DNA from: Octopus vulgaris
Lineage: Eukaryota
Reading direction: 5' to 3'
DNA length: 64,000 bases
Assembly: GCA_951406725.2 (NCBI GenBank)
Contig: OX597814.1
Span: 132,804,001 to 132,868,000, forward strand
Part shown: piece after piece, positions 26,690 to 40,485 of the stretch
Layout: each line of letters starts with the position of its first letter
How positions within the stretch are numbered: the stretch's first letter is position 1
Made by a program: the position numbers and the translations under genes
The notes under the pieces: model-generated
The model's input: only the letters and a program-made list of their open reading frames with translations
Database searches by the model: none
Told to the model about the DNA's origin: nothing

Positions 26690-26850
26690 CAGATTACAGC
26701 CATCCTAGAGTTCAACTGATATTTATTTTTATCGATCTCGAAAGGATAAAAGGCGAAGTCAAAACGTAATACCAGGAACGTCAAACCGGAAGAAAAACCG
26801 CTAAGCTCTCCTTCCGGCGCGGCAGTGATTCTGCCAACTCGCCGCCTTAG
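26690..26850 (-). mobile_element. SINE family A
   Basis: TTTATCGATCTCGAAAGGATAAAAGGCGAAGTC...GATTCTGCCAACTCGCCGCCTTA. Confidence 0.8.
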
Positions 26851-27335
26851 ATATTAGAGTTAATGTGATATATGTGTGTGTGTTAGATATTAGTTTAATA
26901 AGATGTGTGTGTTCGTGTGCATGTGTGTGTTAATGTGCGTGCATGTGTGAGTGCCTGCATGTGTGTGTGTGCGTGTTTAACTACCTCATTTAAAGCATAT
27001 TTATATAAAAGCAGATTGGGCGAATTTCTCAGGCTTATGGCAATCTGATATTTGCAAAAGTTATTTTAGTTTATCTTTAATTTTTAAAAAATAAATGTTC
27101 TGACACTATTATATGTACATATATGCATGTTTCTGTATGTGTGTGTGTGTGTGTGTGAGTGTACTTTTTTACAGTTCTCGTCTTCCAAACTACATTCATA
27201 AGGCCGTAGTCTTATGAAGACTAAAGTTACGTATTTTACTAAGACTAAAAGTTTACTCAAGATGCCATAGCGTGGGACTAAACACAAAGCTCAAGTTTGT
27301 GAAACTAGCTTCTTAACTAGACATGCTTGCACGCA

Positions 27336-27376
<41 letters not shown>

Positions 27377-27477
27377 GCACGCACACACATACACACGCGC
27401 GCACTCATATGTATGAGTGTATATGTGTGTATATACATGAATATATATACACAGGGCCTATATCAAGTATCTGGAGT

Positions 27478-27862
27478 AAGAGAACCCAGTCGTGGCTGTC
27501 AGACAATTTTCGCGACCACACCTAACCCCTAACATCTAGCCACCTAACTCCCCAGACTGCAACCCCTTGATTATTATGTGTGGGGCGCAACTGAGCGAGA
27601 GACCTACAAAACTCCTTGTAACACCAAAGATTAACTGAAGGCAAGGATTATGGCAGTATTCACCAACTTAAACAAGGAGACCGTCTAGAAGAGTTGTCTC
27701 GAGGCCGTGGTTGAAGGCAATGGCGATTTTATTGAATAAATTTGCTCTTTAGTATTCCAAGATATTTTTATATAATTTTGGTAAATATGTCTGTTAAAAT
27801 GAGATGTCAGTGATATATTCATATTTGCGTAATTTAGACGACAATATATTCAACGCACCCTG
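27478..27862 (+). mobile_element. 3' fragment of an IS630-Tc1-mariner (maT/DD37D-like) transposon with right end
   Basis: RTQSWLSDNF..PNI*PPNSPDCNPLDYYVWGA.ERET.KTPCNTKD*LKARIMA.F..LEAVVEGNGDFIE* (stop 27737-27739). Ends CACCCTG followed by TA. Confidence 0.85.
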
Positions 27863-28044
27863 TATATACATGTATGTAGTACATACCTACATATACATGC
27901 ATATATGTGGTCTCTCTTTCACTTCCTTTCCTCTTTTTCTTTCTTTCTTTTTTCTTCCTTTCTATCTTTCGGTTTTTCCTCTCTCAGTTTGTCTGTGTCT
28001 CTTATATATGTGTGTATATGTGTGTGTACGTGTGCGTGTGTGTG

Positions 28045-28215
28045 CACGCGGGTCCGGGTTCAGTTCCACTGTGTGCCACCTTGCTCAAGTGTCTTCTATT
28101 AATAGCCTCGAGCCTACTAAAGCTTTGTGAGTTCGTTTGGTAGATGGAAACTGAAAGAAGCCCAACATATATATATATATGTATATATATATGCATACAT
28201 ATATATATACATACA

Positions 28216-28246
<31 letters not shown>

Positions 28247-28423
28247 GTGTCCGTATGTGTATGTTTGTATGCATGTATGTATGTATGTTTGTATCTATGT
28301 GTGTCTGCCTTTTCCAAATAAGTCCTCGGGTCGATTTATTCGATTAAATCCCTTCAAGCGGTGCTCCAGCATATCCGCAGTCAAATGACTGAAACAAGTG
28401 AAATAATAAAAGAATAAAAGAAT
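28045..28423 (+). mobile_element. SINE family B, internally deleted
   Basis: GGTCCGGGTTCAGTTCCACTG..TGGTAGATGGAAACTGAAAGAAGCCC..GCGGTGCTCCAGCAT..GACTGAAACAAG. Confidence 0.85.
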
Positions 28424-29346
28424 ATGACAATGTGTATCAATGGTTCCCGATATTTTTCGGTCAGTTAACCTTTACACATGCTCCTTAGAAGAGCCAAACG
28501 AGACGTTTGTGCATAATCACGCCCACATCCAAAGCGACCAACAGCGAAAGTGACTAAATCCCTCTCAAACCATGCCCTATGCTTTTTAACAGTAACTTAT
28601 TGCTTAACGTGGCCTCGTATTCATTGCACATTAACAGACTAGGTGTTTATGTCTAGCATTATTTTAATCAGACGCCTACTCGATCAAAGTTAACATGAGG
28701 TTAAGCAATAATAACAACACCACCAGCCTATAAAGCCTATATTATTACCAGAAAGTCTTTTATTCTTATATTCTCCTTTGAAATTGCTTTCAGTGATATC
28801 GGACCCTTAATCAATATCAATATCTCTAAGTGTCATTTAGAGGTCATTTAAGGAACGAATAACGATACGTAATGAATGTTTAAAGTTTGTATGTCTGTAT
28901 ACCACTATATTTGTATGGAAATGATTATGCGATAAATATGCATATCATCTTTTATTACAAAAAGATAAGCCGATATGATAATAAGGGGCAAATATATATT
29001 ATGTAATAGAGTAAGCGGTATAGTAAAAAGGGAAATTGCGTTGCTTGCTGCTTGAAACCCTTATAAATAACCGAAGTTTCTAATGTATTTAGTAATGTAA
29101 TAAACGTTGCAACATTTGTCCTTGGCTGCATTTCGGAAATGACATGCGTTGTGATTATTTAATTATCAACATCCGTAACAATCGTTCTTGTGGAGTGGGT
29201 GGCCCTACATAGCACTCAGGAGATTTTTCGTTTTTAGATTATGCCTATAGGATTGACTATTCTTTCTTAGACTACTATAACACAAGGGCTTCTCAAACCC
29301 TACTCACAGAGTAACGTAAATGGGAGTAAAACTGAAATAGAGTGGG

Positions 29347-29349
<3 letters not shown>

Positions 29350-29379
<30 letters not shown>

Positions 29380-29451
29380 AAGAAGAAGAAGAAGAAGAAG
29401 AAGAAGAAGAAGAAGAAGAAGAAGAAGAAGAAGAAGAAGAAGAAGAAGAAG

Positions 29452-29481
<30 letters not shown>
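29350..29481. repeat. Pure (GAA)n tract of about 43 units
   Basis: Directly visible. Confidence 0.98.
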
Positions 29482-29483
<2 letters not shown>

Positions 29484-31107
29484 TTTCGCTGGTACTCTAT
29501 TTCTCATCTACAGAAGCATGAAAAGCAAATTTGACAATGATGGGTTTTGATTTCAAAGAACAGAAAGCCAGAACAAGTATCACAAGCCATTCGATCCGAT
29601 GTTGTAATGTCTTACATCTTGCTGCCTTCTGTATTTAATAAGTTATGGTAAGCGTATCTGCAGATGGTTTGTGTATAGCAAAATTTGTAGAGCATTCGTA
29701 CAAAATATATTTGGCTACGTCGCTTTACGACAAGAGTTCAAACACATCCCAGGTATTCTTTAATTTTCGGCCTCCTCAGATTGTTTGTATTGTCATTTAG
29801 TTAATCCGATGTCAGCCTTGATCTAAAAGATTATAACCAAGTATATCCTAGCTGTAACCTCTACGCCGTCTTCTTCAGAGTCATGTGTCTAAGACTATAT
29901 AATCCAATATTTCTTTTGTTTTAGGACTATAGTGTGATCTGAGGGAGATTTTATCTATTTCTTAAAAGGGTAGAGCTTCCATCACTGGTTCCTCAATTTG
30001 TGATTGATAAAAATATATTCAGTTGCACTTGCTAAAATAATAACTGGAGCTTTGCTATTGACTATGCTATGGAAAGCAGTACTCCATTAGAGCCGTACTC
30101 TGACAAGTAAAACAACTAAAAGAATAAAAGTGAGAAAAATGGTATTATTTCAAAACAAAATCGCAATAAGTGAACTTCATCAGTCGTCGGAATAAAGTGA
30201 TTAATTACTAAACAGAAAATAAATAACTTGAGACAAACTAAGTCCCTGTTGAGTAAAGTCAAATGGAATGATATTGTCACACATTTGAAGTGTTCCTGTC
30301 TTTGATAACATTCACACGAAGGAATAACAAGATTGATGTTATTAAAATGTTTAATGTGATACAAAGTCACGTTTATTCATGCTGATTGCACAAATTGATT
30401 GAGGACTTGATATCTAGATAAATAGATAGTGACCGAGTGATAACTTGACAGGTATATAGTTAAATGGGTAACCAAACAGATAGAAAAGTGGATCGATAGA
30501 CCACTAGATACATAGAGACATTGACAGATAGATATGTAAATGGATCGATACACAACTAAAATGATAGGTAGACAAATAGATACATAGATTCATGTATATA
30601 TACATTGATACTTATATACACAAATAAGATTTATTTTATTCTCTCTTTAGAACCATAAAGTTCTGGCGAAAACAAAAAGTATTTTGTGTTGTTTTCACCA
30701 TTTTTTTTTAAAGGATACAGTTGCCTAAAACTACAAAATAAAAAAAAGTTGAAGCTCGAGTGTTTACAGTTTAAACAAAACGAAAAGAAACAAAAACAAC
30801 ATGTAGGTATCACATTATACTCATGAAAAATAAGTAGAACAAATGAAAAAAAATAATAAATTCAGAAATCGGGAAAATGGGCTAAAGAAGGGGACGGATA
30901 TGAAAAGGAAAAGGAAGAACGGTAGACAGAAAGCGAAAAAGAGAAATTTACAGGGAAAATATCGACACACGCAAGTGCATGTGTGTATGTGTATGTATGT
31001 ATGTATGTATGTATGCATGTATGTATGTATGTATGTATGTATGTATGTATGTATGTATGCATGTATGTATGAATGTATATATATGTGTGTGTGTATCCCT
31101 CTCCCTT

Positions 31108-31143
<36 letters not shown>

Positions 31144-31960
31144 GCACCAAAAGCGTATATATATGTGCGTGTATATGCGCTTGCACGTACATAGATACGT
31201 ACATATATGTTTATATACACTTAGAGAACCGGGGAGAGGGTGACCGGGTCACAAGCGGGTAGAGAGAGAGAGGGGGGAGGGCGAGGGAGAGAGAGAGAGA
31301 CTACAAAGATGTGCACAAACACATATATAGGTATGCACGTATATATTTAGAGAGAAAGGGAAAGACAGACGGAGAGACAAATAGACAGACAGAAACAGAG
31401 AGAGAGACAGAGAGAGACAGAGAGAGAACATGTAAGAGTGAAGTGTAATTACACAGAAGCGCTCCCACGAGAGATTCAAAAATAGCCTTTAAAACAATTA
31501 GGAGAAAAAGAAAATTCACAAAAGGAACTTCATTCTTTTCAATAGAAACGGACGTTTCAAGGGGTTTGAGATAAAATGTCACCTAAAATAAGGAAATTAT
31601 TAGAATACTATGAGTCTGTTCAGCAGGTGAAACTGGGAAGGGTGACTGGTGTGAGATGGATTATTGTGAAGTAATATCAGACGGGATGGATACTATGAAG
31701 GACAGGGAGTAGTATTGTACGATGTTTTGGCATAAAGATCATGTGATTTCTTTCTTTTACTCTCTTTCTCGCCCTCTTTCTCTCTCTCTCTCGGCCTCTC
31801 TCTTTCTCACTCACTCATTGTGTGTGTGTGTGTGTGTGTATGTATACGCACACAAACATGCATATATATGTGTATGTCTATAAGTATATATATATAGAGA
31901 GAGAGGCAGAGACAGAGAGACAGACAGAAAGACAGGCAGATAGATATGTATATGTATGTG

Positions 31961-31994
<34 letters not shown>

Positions 31995-32118
31995 CATGTG
32001 CATGTGTATGTATATATATATATGCTTATATATATGTGTGTGTGTATATATACATTTATGTATATATGTATATGTGTGTTTGTATGGATATATATATTTG
32101 CATATATGTGTGTGTCTG

Positions 32119-32166
<48 letters not shown>

Positions 32167-32193
32167 TAAACACATACTTAGATAGATAGATAA

Positions 32194-32267
<74 letters not shown>

Positions 32268-32401
32268 GGATAGATACAGATATAGAAATATAGTGGATGT
32301 ATTTATATTTATATTGGATGTGTGTATGGATAAAAATGATAGAATATTACTCGGTAGAGTACGTGAAATGGAGTGAATAGTAATAAGAAGAATAATAATT
32401 A

Positions 32402-32450
<49 letters not shown>

Positions 32451-34413
32451 TATTATTATTGTTGTTGTTGTTGCTCTTGTTATTATTGTTGTTGTTTTTA
32501 TTATTATTCCATTTATTGGATAATAATAGTTATTATTATTACTATTAATATTATTTCATTTATAAGATGATGATGATGATGATTATAATAATGATAATAA
32601 TAATAATAATAACAACAACAACAACGAGCACAACGACAACAAAAGCAACAACAACAACAACAACAACAACAGTAATAACAACAACAACAACAATAAAAAT
32701 AATTAAAACTGGAATTTTTACAAACGTTCTTATTCTGAGGTTACTGATCCTGTTGTATGATACAACTAGATATAAAATATATAAGGGGTGATGATGCAAA
32801 TTCAAACCAAGATTTCACTTTATAATTTGATTCAGATTTTCGCGTATTTTTATGGGTGAAGAAAAAATATAATATACTATTAGATTGAAAATAGCGATAA
32901 ACACGAAACATTTTGTCTGGAGAAAATATATTTAACTAGAACAACATAATTTGACGCGAAATGCATATTAAAAAAGTAGGTAGAGTGTGAGCGTAAAATG
33001 GGTGGGTGTATATAAAGTCACAAGAAAAATCAAAGAAAGTTACCTTTTTCTATCTTCCACTCTGGAATAATCCGTCCTTATTATCCGAATATATGTAAGA
33101 AATTGCTATGAAATGACTGATGAGATTTAATATATAAGAGTATCTTTGTATGATCAGGAGAAAAAGAAGTGCACGAGGTCGGTTAGTGAAGAAGAACATG
33201 AGCTGAAGGTCTTTTTACGACGCCCACGTACTTTCTGACACGTGCAAATACTTAGTAAATGAAACAGGAAGCTTTGTCTGTCCCACTCTTTTACTTTCAC
33301 TTTCCTTTTCACATTGACTGTAATAATCTTAGTTGCTCTCTCTCCCTCTCTCTCTCTCTCTCTTTCTGTCTCTCTCACTCTCTCAAACACACTCTGTCTC
33401 TTTCTCTCTCTTTCACTACCTCTCACTCATTCACCCACTCTTTCCCTCTTACTCTTCTCTTCCTCTTTCTCCTCTCTCTCTCTCTCTCTCTCTCTTTGTC
33501 TACCTATCTATATCTATCTATCTAGCTATATATATATATATACACGCGCGCGCAGTGATAAATAGATAGATACATACATATATACATTCAACTTTCCTTT
33601 CTCATTTTCTTTCGAGAAAAATCTTCATTTTTTTTTTCTTTCACATCAATTTTTTATCTTTCTTACTCATTCCGCTCCCGTCAATAAATAAAGCTTTCTC
33701 TTTCACAATTATTCTTAATATTTTCCTTCCTTGTTTCTATCAACTTTACCTTCACTCATATTTACGGAGTAAGTTCTCATCTAAACTTCATCGCCAAAAA
33801 ATGTACCCGTCTCAGTTCTTAAACCTTAACACAGGGCATTCACTCAAATTCTCTTTACTTACAATTTCGCTTTTTCTCATTAATGTTATCGGTTTTATTC
33901 GTGCCTTCTTTCTTTCACATTTACCTATAGTTTCTAAATATTTCCATCTCATTTACATTTTAGCTTGTTAAATCACTTTTATTTTTCTCGCGTCGATTTA
34001 TATTCTTACGCAGCTTTCTATGAATACCGTTTTTATTTATCTCTCCTCCTGAATACCTACGTATTCTAGAGACACTAACAGACAAAGACAGAGGACGACA
34101 AAGAAAGAGAGATGGAGTAAATGGAGGGAAGTCTGGCACAAAGTATATATGTATATATATATACTTACAAACATATATGTATGTATGTATCTAAGCCAAG
34201 ACAATACAAATGTGTGCAAGGAAGTGATTTGCTGGCAAAAGTTTCGATTGGGGAGAGTTTTACTGCCACAGTCACATAACATATGATTATTTATAATCAT
34301 CATTATCATTTCGAATAATAATCAATATTCAGGTCTACATCGAACAATTACTATTCTTGTCCCACATCCCCCACACAAACTATTATATACATGTGTGTGT
34401 ACGCATTTATGCG

Positions 34414-34485
<72 letters not shown>

Positions 34486-34819
34486 TGTATGTATGTATGT
34501 ATATATGTATGTATATATATATGGTTATCTGTTCATTTTGCTATTTATTGATACGACATAGACACAATGCCCCCACGCCCACACAGACAAAATATGCAAA
34601 CACATAGGAACATTAATATTGATTTGTGAACGTAATACAAACAGGTTAATATGTTCATATGTAGTGTATGTTTACATATACGTGTGTTCATGGTGTGAGC
34701 GTATAGATATAAATACATACATATAATATATATATATATAATACATATTGAGAGAGAGAGATACAATTTATATAACTTATACATGTATAGTTATACAATA
34801 CACACGCACACACACATAC

Positions 34820-34878
<59 letters not shown>

Positions 34879-35496
34879 TGTATATATATATATGTTTATA
34901 TATATGTATGTATGTGTGTATGTATATGTATATATTTATTTATTTTTGTAAATGGTGACCTTAACTGTCGCGGCTAACTTTGCCTTGACTAATGATATTA
35001 GTAGACCAGTTATATAATTCAATCAGATTGGCAGCTGACCTTCCCAGAGAAAAGACACTGCTACCTTAACAGTTACGACTCTAAACAGACTCCACGTAGG
35101 AACACACATAGATACATGTGTGTGTGTGTGTATGTGTGTGTGTTTGTGTGTGTGTGTGTGCGTTCGTAGGCGTGTGTGCTTATGTGTTTGTGTGTGCATA
35201 TCAATATATATATATATATATATATGTGTTTATAGAGAGATACACAGATATTCAAAGAAGCAGAAAGACAGATAGACAGACTGACAGAGAGAGAGAGAGA
35301 GAGAGAGTGGGGAAGAGGCATATACATCAATATAAATACATTCAAACATATCCAAAGATGGCACTTTGAGCCATGTGCCATTGTATGAAGAAGTTTGCGG
35401 CTGTTTTTCCTCTATTTTGGGGTGTAGTCATGTGAAAGGCACATAGGAGTGGATGCAAACTTTTCAACAAAGATACACACATACACAGACACACTC

Positions 35497-35527
<31 letters not shown>

Positions 35528-36339
35528 CACACATACACACACACACACACACAGACAAGGGCACGCATGCGTTTACAAAAGTAAAAATTATATAGATTTC
35601 TAAATATTAACGTTGGGAATATTCAGGATTAATACAATCATGCAATACTTTTACCTGTCTGTATATATATATATATATTGCAGATATATACATAAAAGTA
35701 GTAATATTACAGCCATAGGCACTAATGACTGAATACATGTGTTATTTATACAAAGGTACGTTTGTCTGTATGAGTGGGATAGGTGTTTGTGTTTATATTT
35801 GTAAATGGATGTATATTTCTCTAAACCCTTACATGTACTCATATACCAAATAAACCCAGGGAATTTGCTGCATGCCTATATTCTTTAAACTAAATGCGTG
35901 CGCAATCACACGTAAATATATGTATATGGACAAAAACATGCAGAAATATATATATATATATATATGTGTGCATGTATATACGCACAATCACACACATATG
36001 TATATATGCATATATACACACATATATATAGATGACCATCACATGTATATAATACAAGTATGTATGTATGTATATTTTAGGGTATGCATATATATTTATG
36101 TGGAAGAATAGTGTTCAAGAGTGGAAAATTTTACAAAAACAGTGTTCTTCCAGAATTCTCTCTGCAATATCCTCTGTAATTAAAACATTATTATAAAGAT
36201 AAAAAACAAATCAGGCAATGAAGGGAAGCTTTACTATTCCACGTACATATCAATTTTCTTTGTATATCTATCTATGAATTTCTATCTCAATCTCTCTCGC
36301 TCTCTACCCCTCTCTCTCTCTCTCTTTCTCTGTATATGC

Positions 36340-36371
<32 letters not shown>

Positions 36372-36383
36372 GTGTATATGTAC

Positions 36384-36423
<40 letters not shown>

Positions 36424-36426
<3 letters not shown>

Positions 36427-36482
36427 GTGGTGCTCCAGCATGGCCACAGTCAAATGACTGAAGCAAGTAAAAGAATAAAAGG
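36424..36482 (+). mobile_element. SINE family B 3' tail fragment
   Basis: GGTGGTGCTCCAGCATGGCCACAGTCAAATGACTGAAGCAAGTAAAAGAATAAAA. Confidence 0.75.
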
Positions 36483-36627
36483 ATAGGAGAGTTTTTTTTG
36501 AGGTTTGAAATAGCACCTGAATTTGAAAAACGTGTGTATATGTGTGTGTGTGTGTGTATGTATATATATATATATATATATATGTGTGTATATATACACA
36601 CACATACATAAATACACACCACATAGA

Positions 36628-36680
<53 letters not shown>

Positions 36681-36792
36681 AGTAAGACCGCAGGTAAATG
36701 TGACTATATGAAAAGCAAATAAATTGAGTGATGAATTACAAAACTCACCTCTTGCACTTTGTTGTAACGTAAATTGTGTGTGTGTATGTGTG

Positions 36793-36877
<85 letters not shown>

Positions 36878-37042
36878 CCTTAATTTATGAAATAAGCAAT
36901 GGAAGCCGAAAATATCTATAGGAATTAGGTGTGTCGAATTAATTGTAATGTCTTGAGTAAACCTGTTGTTATAAGTGTCGTAACTTTTACTGTTTTTGCT
37001 CTGTAATAGCCTTTTCTATCTATTTATTATTATCATCATCAC

Positions 37043-37085
<43 letters not shown>

Positions 37086-37506
37086 GGTGTTTTCTTTTTA
37101 TTTATGTGTTGCGTGTTGTTTTTGTTTTTTACTGTTATTCAATGACGTTCTGGGTGGATCATTTCGACTTGCTGTTTTTGAGAAAGTAAATTTTCATTGA
37201 TAACTATACTTTTTTTTGTCGATTGTAGCTTTTGTTGTAATATTTCATTCTTCTCTTGGTGGGGAGGAAGATTTTGTTGTTCTTTTAATTGTTATATGAT
37301 TATTATTTATTTTATCCTTTTTTTTTCGTTTCTTTTCTTCTTTCTTATTGGTTTCTTAGAGTTGCTGCAATTATGCTAATTGTTTTTGCTGCTGATCTCG
37401 ATGTGTAGTTTACTAAAAATTTACACAGAAGCACACATCACACTACAGACTATACACATATACGTACAAACATACATACATACACACATACATAAATATA
37501 TACATA

Positions 37507-37730
37507 CAGTAATCTCTCGCCGTATCGCGCTTCAGCTATCGCGGTTTATTAATTTAAGCTTACGTCGATTCCTCCGTGGTGTTGTTTTGCATTTATAATT
37601 AAATAAATATATACAAATAATAAAAATAATTAAAAAATATATACAGTACAGGACTGTTTCTACTTCGACGATTTTCACCCACCGCGGAGGGCTTGGGAAC
37701 GTTACACCTGCGATAGCCGAGGGGTTACTA
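37507..37730. mobile_element. Pogo/Tigger-like MITE (~224 bp)
   Basis: TA-CAGTAATCTCTCGCCGTATCGCG at the left end and GCGATAGCCGAGGGGTTACTA at the right form imperfect ~23-bp TIRs with a CAGT terminus. Confidence 0.7.
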
Positions 37731-37894
37731 TGTATGTATATACATATATAAGAGAGAGAATTGTAACATTTATTTAAAAAATACTTTACGTAGGTCAAAC
37801 AAGTTGTAAGCTGTCAACTTTTATATCATATCAACACACACACAGTCACACACATATCTGTATAACGTGTGTGCGTCGTGTGTGTGTGACTATG

Positions 37895-37958
<64 letters not shown>

Positions 37959-37987
37959 CATCTATCTGTCTATCTATCTACCTCTGC

Positions 37988-38029
<42 letters not shown>

Positions 38030-38219
38030 TATTTTCTCTCCACTTTACTATTGAATTTAGTGTTTGACTGCAATTGTCACTACTGTAATTATAATTCTGG
38101 AAATTACATTAAATATAGTTATCACGGGTGTCGATTACGTTGATTAGATTTCATTATTCTTAGTGTTTTTATTATTAGTAGTACTTTTTGTTATCAGTAG
38201 TTTATTGTTGTTTTAATAA

Positions 38220-38745
38220 GTTCTTTGTGGTCGCGGCTATTATTACTAGACGGTGGCGGTGGAAGGAGTAGTTTTATTGAAGGTGTCTGTTCTTGAGTTT
38301 GGATAGGCGGTGATATAGTGTGGTGGTGGTGGTGGTGTTGGTAGAGGAAATATTCATGATGGTAGCAGTTGTGGTTGCAGTTGAATTGTGAGGGGACTTC
38401 GAAAGTGGCGGGTTTTTATAATAGGTTTTTATAATATGATGCAGACTACTTTTGTAGCCATAGTATGTGTTTTTGACGGCGGCGGTGGTGGTGGTGGTGG
38501 TGGTGGTGGTGGTGGTGATGGTGGCGGGGGTGGTGGTGCTCTTGATTGCGGTAGTGATGGTTGTAGTGGTGGAGGTGGTTGTGATGGTTGTAGAAGTCGT
38601 GGTAGTGGTGGTGGTGGTGGTGTGCTGCTGCTGCTGCTGCTGTTGTTGCAACCGTTGCTGTTGGTTGTAACTGTTGTGGTGATCACAGCGGCTGTAGGTT
38701 GCGGAGAGACATCATGACGACGACGACGATGATGATGACGACGAC

Positions 38746-38780
<35 letters not shown>

Positions 38781-38795
38781 CGACGACGACGATGA

Positions 38796-38829
<34 letters not shown>

Positions 38830-39098
38830 GGTGGTTCAATTTGCCGCAGTAGTAGCAGCGATAGCGTCGGTGAATTAGCGGGATTGCGATGGTGGTCGTG
38901 TTTGCGATAGTGATGGGCGGGATGTGAAGCGGAGACCGAAGCAGTAGAAGCCGTAGAAGCAGCGACAGTTGTGTAGAGTGAACAGGTAGTTGCGGTGGTG
39001 GATGTGCTGCCTGTTGCGATGTGAGTAGGTAAAAGTGTATGAAAGGAAGGGGGGTATTACTGGGAGAGAGAGAGAGACAGAGACAGAGACAGACAGAC

Positions 39099-39135
<37 letters not shown>

Positions 39136-40040
39136 GAGAGAGAGAGAGAGGAAGTCACGAGTAAGGAACGGGAAGGATGTATTGCATGCAAACAGTAGTA
39201 GCGGCTGAAGTAGTAACCGCAGCAACAGCAACAACATTAGAAGCAACAACTCTCCTACTACTGCTTATACTACTACCGCTACTGCAGCTACTACTGCCAC
39301 CGCCACCACGGTAGCGGTCATGGTAGCAGGCGCGCTTCAGACGGCAGTGGTAGCGGTAACAGTTGCAGCAGCGTTCAGTAATGAAAGTAGCGGGATAAGT
39401 GGCGGAACTAGTTTTACCGTCAGTAGCAGACCCGGTGGCAGCAGTAGCAGCATCAGCATCAGCAGCAGTAGCAGCAACAGCAGGAGGTAGTAGTAGTAGT
39501 AGTAGTAGTAGTAACAACGGAGTCTCGAAGTGGCGGTCGTAATGGTTATGCTGGAGACAATCCTGTGTAGCTTATACCACTGCAGGGTACGTGGTGATGA
39601 AGAGATACAAGATGTGGATTCAATACAGATGGTAGGAGGAGGAGGAGGAGGAGGAGGAGGAGAAGGAGTAAAAGGCGGAGAGAGAGAGAGAGAGGAAAAG
39701 GAGAGGAAGAGAGGAAAAAAGGAGGAGTAGGAGATGGAGTGGAGGTTTGGGGAGCAAAATTAGAATGAGGGTGGATAACGGTAAAAGTGGAAAAATCTGT
39801 CTCTAGTGAGCGGTGGACATCAATGATGCAAGCGACTACGACGACGTCGATAGCGATAGTGTCGGCGGTGGCCGTGTTACTACTACTGGTACTAGTGTTA
39901 ATGATAGAGGTACAGGTGGTGTCGATGGTTTTTTGTAATGGTGATGATGATGATGATGGAGTTGATGCAGATGATAGAGGTGGTAGTGTGGCTGTTGCTA
40001 CGCCGGCAGTAGTAGTGGCGGTTGCCTGTTTTGAGTAGGC
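38220..40040. other. GC/CpG-enriched low-complexity trinucleotide island (GGT, GAT, GAC, CTG, GTA, GCA, GGA runs)
   Basis: Sharp compositional contrast with the AT-rich flanks, many retained CpGs, no recognisable TE. Confidence 0.7.
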
Positions 40041-40432
40041 TTATGGTATCGTAATAGTTTATGTTAATGGATTTGTCATTCAAATATCTGATGCTACGTC
40101 TTTAGTAAAGAAGCGAGAGCGAAAGTGAAAGTAGAGGAAAGATACGAAGAGTGCACATAATGTGCAAAGGGAGCAACAATGAGTGTTATATCATAACCTT
40201 TGCTCTTTTTTTTTTTTGGTTTGTTTATTTTTCTTTTTTAATTAACACTTCTATTACACAAAAGGCAGGTAGCTCTAATTTAATAAACTCTAAAAAGCCA
40301 ACAACCTTCAATCTCAACCCAGAATCTGATTTTTTTCTTATCCCCTCTCATTCTACATTCATTCCATCAAGCATCATTCATTCAGTTATCCATTCTCTTC
40401 TTCTTCTTCATCTTCTTCTTATTATTATTATT

Positions 40433-40485
<53 letters not shown>

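Noticed and set aside
22450-33226. Shared 14-mer TTTTTACGACGCCC (posterior Hox-like site) at ~22450 and ~33213
   Set aside because: Several 14-mer matches are expected by chance in 64 kb, and there is no flanking similarity.
33160-33240. Possible exon EKKKCTRSVSEEEHELK after TGATCAG
   Set aside because: No polypyrimidine tract, weak donor and no recognisable homology.
39155-39517. 120-aa minus ORF with CCNCYRYHC as a secreted Cys-rich peptide or toxin
   Set aside because: It starts at TTG inside a (CTA)n run, and its composition is explained by triplet low complexity. No recognisable cysteine framework.
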